Origin: a virus | Lineage: Duplodnaviria; Caudoviricetes | DNA: 64,000 bases | IMG/VR virus record: IMGVR_UViG_3300043959_000228 | Reading direction: 5' to 3' (one strand) | In this document: in pieces, positions 60,954 to 64,000 of the stretch | Position numbering within the stretch: the first letter of the stretch is position 1 | How the letters are laid out: every line of letters starts with the position of its first letter | Translations under genes and position numbers: made by a program | Notes under the pieces: model-generated | What the model was told of the DNA's origin: nothing | Seen by the model: only the letters and a program-made list of their open reading frames with translations | The model's database searches: none

Positions 60954-62198
60954 ATGCCATCATTATCAGGAGGACTATCTATGCCAGCTATTCGTCAAGC
61001 GCGATATGAGCTGGTGTCAGATCTGAATTCTGTCAGCAGATTACTGCCATTGAAGAAATTGATATGGGCGTATGGACGATATCACGCTAAGCCAACTGAG
61101 GTTCCAACGGCCGACGGTCTGGCTCAGAGTGGATATAGAGCACTCGTATACGAGGAGCTTACAGAGCGCGATGAATCATGGCGCATTGCCTTGCTCTTTA
61201 GAATCGGACGAGAGAAGAAGAGCGTATGGCATACTGTCGTCAGCATCGATTACGTTCTTATTGATCCTTCTGCCAGAATCACATTTACAAAACTCAGTTC
61301 CTGCGTCAGACTCTTATCGCAATTCTCGTTAAAGCATCTTAAGGCATCGTGCATTGACATTCTTATCAATTTAGAGAATCAGTCTAATCCAGCATTGAAG
61401 AAATACCTGCAACGAGCCTTCATCAATGAGGGTATGACCGTGTCTAATGATGGTTCATCATGTGCTAAGAGATTACGAGACGTCGATGACGATGGTAAGA
61501 ACACAGTCAATCTACCATTACCGAATGTTGTCAAATCTGAGGTAAAGGGTCTACGACCAGCCGTTCAATCAACCATTAAGAGTCAGAATACCAAGGATGG
61601 TGAGCGTGTCATCTTCGTCGGACGTATTCCTAAGGGCAGTAAGAATCATAAGCTCATTCTCTCATTCTGCAAGAAACATGATGGGTGGATGAATCCTAAG
61701 TTAAGTGATCGTACTAGCTATATGCAAACGACATTCACCGGAGAAGGCAATGTGAACGCCTATGTGGAGTCGTTAGTCCAGGATGCACATTTTATCATCG
61801 TACTAGACGCTGACAAGCGTATGACCGGATTTATGGCTTTTATCGCTGGATACTCAATGTCATCGATATCGAATATGCAGAAAGGTGGATTCTCTAATCC
61901 ATCAAAGTACGTATCACCAGAACGAGTGATTTACGTTCCGGCAATTGTCTGTGATTCGAGATTCGGTGGATTATGGACGAAGAAAGGATTGCAACAGGCC
62001 GTTAGCCTATGGAAGATGTTATTCACCATCGTGTCTGATAAGAAGAATCGTAATGAGTACGAGTTAATAGGATCAATCGTCGGTAAGGATAGTGTTCATG
62101 CTCATTTGCTGGAGGCTCTTGGATTCACTTGCAAATCAACGATGAGCAATCTTCCATGGCATGCACGAGCCTCATCAATATACGCTCGACATACATGA
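60954..62198 (+). CDS. Hypothetical protein (possible degenerate tandem GNAT folds)
   Basis: MTGFMAF, YVPAIVCDSRF, LLEALGF resemble GNAT elements; ATATCT-N7-ATG. Confidence 0.6.
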   Translation: MPSLSGGLSMPAIRQARYELVSDLNSVSRLLPLKKLIWAYGRYHAKPTEVPTADGLAQSGYRALVYEELTERDESWRIALLFRIGREKKSVWHTVVSIDYVLIDPSARITFTKLSSCVRLLSQFSLKHLKASCIDILINLENQSNPALKKYLQRAFINEGMTVSNDGSSCAKRLRDVDDDGKNTVNLPLPNVVKSEVKGLRPAVQSTIKSQNTKDGERVIFVGRIPKGSKNHKLILSFCKKHDGWMNPKLSDRTSYMQTTFTGEGNVNAYVESLVQDAHFIIVLDADKRMTGFMAFIAGYSMSSISNMQKGGFSNPSKYVSPERVIYVPAIVCDSRFGGLWTKKGLQQAVSLWKMLFTIVSDKKNRNEYELIGSIVGKDSVHAHLLEALGFTCKSTMSNLPWHARASSIYARHT

Positions 62199-62230
62199 TC
62201 TTCTAATCGTCACCCTGATATCTTCATTGT

Positions 62231-62851
62231 ATGTCAGATGAAAAAGTATCCAGATTAGCTTCCTCTAATGTCCAGGTAAAGACCGGATATGTAATAGGCT
62301 CGTTAATCAAACGTATTATCAAGGCCGTACTGATTATTATGGCTTGTTTGTTTATCGTGTATTCAGTCGTGCTTGTACCAACGGCTGTTCGAGTATTATA
62401 CACGGATAATTTCGGATTAGTCCTGACAAAAGACCCGACCATCAAAATGGGTAAGATACCATCTGGTAAGACAGAATTAGTCATTATTGGATCTGGAATA
62501 AATGCGACTGAAACTGCCAAATCTAAAATCACCGCCGCCTTTACGCCACATCAGTCTACATCTATTGTGAAAATAGCCGGTGGCCCTACTGGTCATCTAA
62601 AGATTGACGACGCGACAGGGCTCGCCAGTATCGATGGTAAGACCATCAATAATTCTAGAAAACCGCTTAATTACGCATCAGTCGTGAAGAATAAGTACCT
62701 TCTTGATAATCAGTATTACGTGCAGTGTCTGAAAGGATCATGTCAACAAGGACAATTCTATGTTATGGATCAAACGGATATTCTTGGTGAAGTAAAGACC
62801 AATGATACTGATCAACCATTGATCGATGTCTTAAAGGAGCAACGCTCATGA
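62231..62851 (+). CDS. Single-TM protein, possibly a degenerate S26-like fold
   Basis: N-terminal TM, IVKIAGGP, NQYYV, DILGEV resemble the S26 layout without a clear catalytic Ser; ATATCT-N7-ATG. Confidence 0.55.
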   Translation: MSDEKVSRLASSNVQVKTGYVIGSLIKRIIKAVLIIMACLFIVYSVVLVPTAVRVLYTDNFGLVLTKDPTIKMGKIPSGKTELVIIGSGINATETAKSKITAAFTPHQSTSIVKIAGGPTGHLKIDDATGLASIDGKTINNSRKPLNYASVVKNKYLLDNQYYVQCLKGSCQQGQFYVMDQTDILGEVKTNDTDQPLIDVLKEQRS

Positions 62852-63093
62852 GCATGAATTTTAATCCATTATACGATAATAAACCTTGGTCTGAACCCAA
62901 GGATAGAGAAACGCCAGAAATTGCTGATAAGCATGACGAGACGATCCTCGATAAGAAACTCCGCCGTAAATCTAAAGATAATCGAGGATCAATAGTGATT
63001 CTTCACAGAATCTTAGGTGGCGTTATTATCATTGCGGCCATATCAGCTATAGGATTATTGCTCTATGGTGGATTCGTATACGCTTTCCTATAA
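62848..63093 (+). CDS. Small protein with C-terminal TM
   Basis: ATGA overlap, AAGGAG RBS. Confidence 0.7.
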   Translation: MSMNFNPLYDNKPWSEPKDRETPEIADKHDETILDKKLRRKSKDNRGSIVILHRILGGVIIIAAISAIGLLLYGGFVYAFL

Positions 63094-63182
63094 ATGGTCT
63101 TCAGATTTTATCGGTGATATCTTCATCTTGTTATATATGTATATGGTATTAAACAGCTTCGCGGCTAAGGGGTAAACAAAAT

Positions 63183-63908
63183 ATGATACAGAGTTTGAGG
63201 TCATTCCTCCATAAGCGACTACGATCTGAGAAAGCTGAGAACACCATTACTTTTCTGATCGCCTTTCCTTTCCTATGGTGTATTATTATGACCATTATCG
63301 ATTTTGGCGTTTATGTCAATAACACGACGACACTTCGATCAGATCTTCGTGATGGCGCTCGAACAGTAGCTATCTTCGGTGGAACAAATACTGTTGTTAG
63401 TGACGCCTATCTGAAGGAATGTACATCAACATCATCTCAAGGTGGATCGTCCAGGGGATATACAACTTCTGATAACGGCATAGCTTGTCTTGTGTCAAAT
63501 AAAATTAATGCTAATACATCGTATGTCAATAATATGGTTATTAGCAATATTCAATGTGGCCCTGTAAGCGGCGTTTCCGTAGGACAATCCACATGGTGTT
63601 CTGCACACTATCTGTACACTGGCATGCCGGGTTCTGCTCTAAGTCTCTTTGGCGGTGGCGTATCTAGTTTCAATACTGGTGGTGGAACGGTTGCCACGAA
63701 GAGCGGTGATGAAGGATGGAATGCAGGTACCATCAAGGCCTCGGCACAATCAGAGGTTAGTACGAATTATGATCAAGAGGATAATTCTAATGACTCTATG
63801 CTCGATTATAACTCGACGCCAACGTCTACGGCAACGCCGACACCAACGACAACATCCGGTCACTTTGGCGGTGGCGGAAACATGTCGACACAACCAAATC
63901 TTAATTAA
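63183..63908 (+). CDS. TadE-like minor pilin
   Basis: Basic leader, FLIAFPFL...IIDFG, RDGARTVAIFGG. Confidence 0.7.
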   Translation: MIQSLRSFLHKRLRSEKAENTITFLIAFPFLWCIIMTIIDFGVYVNNTTTLRSDLRDGARTVAIFGGTNTVVSDAYLKECTSTSSQGGSSRGYTTSDNGIACLVSNKINANTSYVNNMVISNIQCGPVSGVSVGQSTWCSAHYLYTGMPGSALSLFGGGVSSFNTGGGTVATKSGDEGWNAGTIKASAQSEVSTNYDQEDNSNDSMLDYNSTPTSTATPTPTTTSGHFGGGGNMSTQPNLN

Positions 63909-63938
63909 TCAATCGTAGAGGAGTGCAGGAGGTATCAA

Positions 63939-64000
63939 ATGAATCCACGAACGAAACGCTTCCTCACGAAGCTACGATCAGAAGCTGCTGACACCATGTC
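63939..64000 (+). CDS. Start of a second TadE-like prepilin (truncated by the window)
   Basis: AGGAGG RBS; MNPRTKRFLTKLRSEAADTM parallels FLHKRLRSEKAENT of the upstream gene. Confidence 0.55.
   Translation, partial: MNPRTKRFLTKLRSEAADTM

Noticed and set aside
418-63918. Many 60-190 aa ORFs antisense or out of frame to long genes (e.g. 418..741, 13755..14237, 22811..23389, 26622..27128, 33540..34058)
   Set aside because: They overlap well-supported genes and have no RBS or motifs; treated as shadow ORFs.
1-64000. CRISPR array, tRNA or rRNA genes
   Set aside because: No regularly spaced repeats or cloverleaf/rRNA-like sequence seen in the short intergenic regions.
1-64000. Jumbo phage or prophage origin
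   Set aside because: No capsid, terminase, tail or integrase genes in the window; the plasmid replicase, T4SS and Tad genes argue for a conjugative plasmid.

Overview
This window looks like part of a large conjugative (mega)plasmid from an actinobacterial host, probably Bifidobacterium-like (inferred from NucS, DUF3566, an LGKTG sortase signal, a pAL5000/ColE2-type replicase and many leaderless genes). It holds a RepA replicase with a structured upstream origin region and a near self-sufficient replication/repair set (DnaE, DnaG, PIF1, 5'-3' exonuclease, RecA, RecG, NucS, SNF2-like helicase, NERD). It also holds scattered Gram-positive T4SS genes (TcpE, VirB4, FtsK/TcpA coupling protein, NlpC/P60, signal peptidase, PrgA-like adhesin), scattered Tad/Flp pilus genes and a solo TnpB element. 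No CRISPR array, tRNA or rRNA was seen. Most notable: (1) a private promoter motif, ATATCT, lies exactly 7 nt before the ATG of 9 genes and upstream of about 10 more, mostly transfer/pilus/membrane genes, whereas DNA-metabolism genes use TATAAT-type boxes; a divergent sigma70-like ORF that seems to lack region 4 is the candidate reader. (2) The coupling protein breaks just before Walker A into what looks like a short, Pro-initiated (class 3) split-intein N fragment. (3) VirB4 is encoded as two complementary half-genes 13 kb apart on opposite strands. (4) A 134-bp element occurs twice, with compensatory and G-U-type changes that point to a minus-strand structured RNA or ssDNA element. All family calls come from motif recognition by eye, not database searches.
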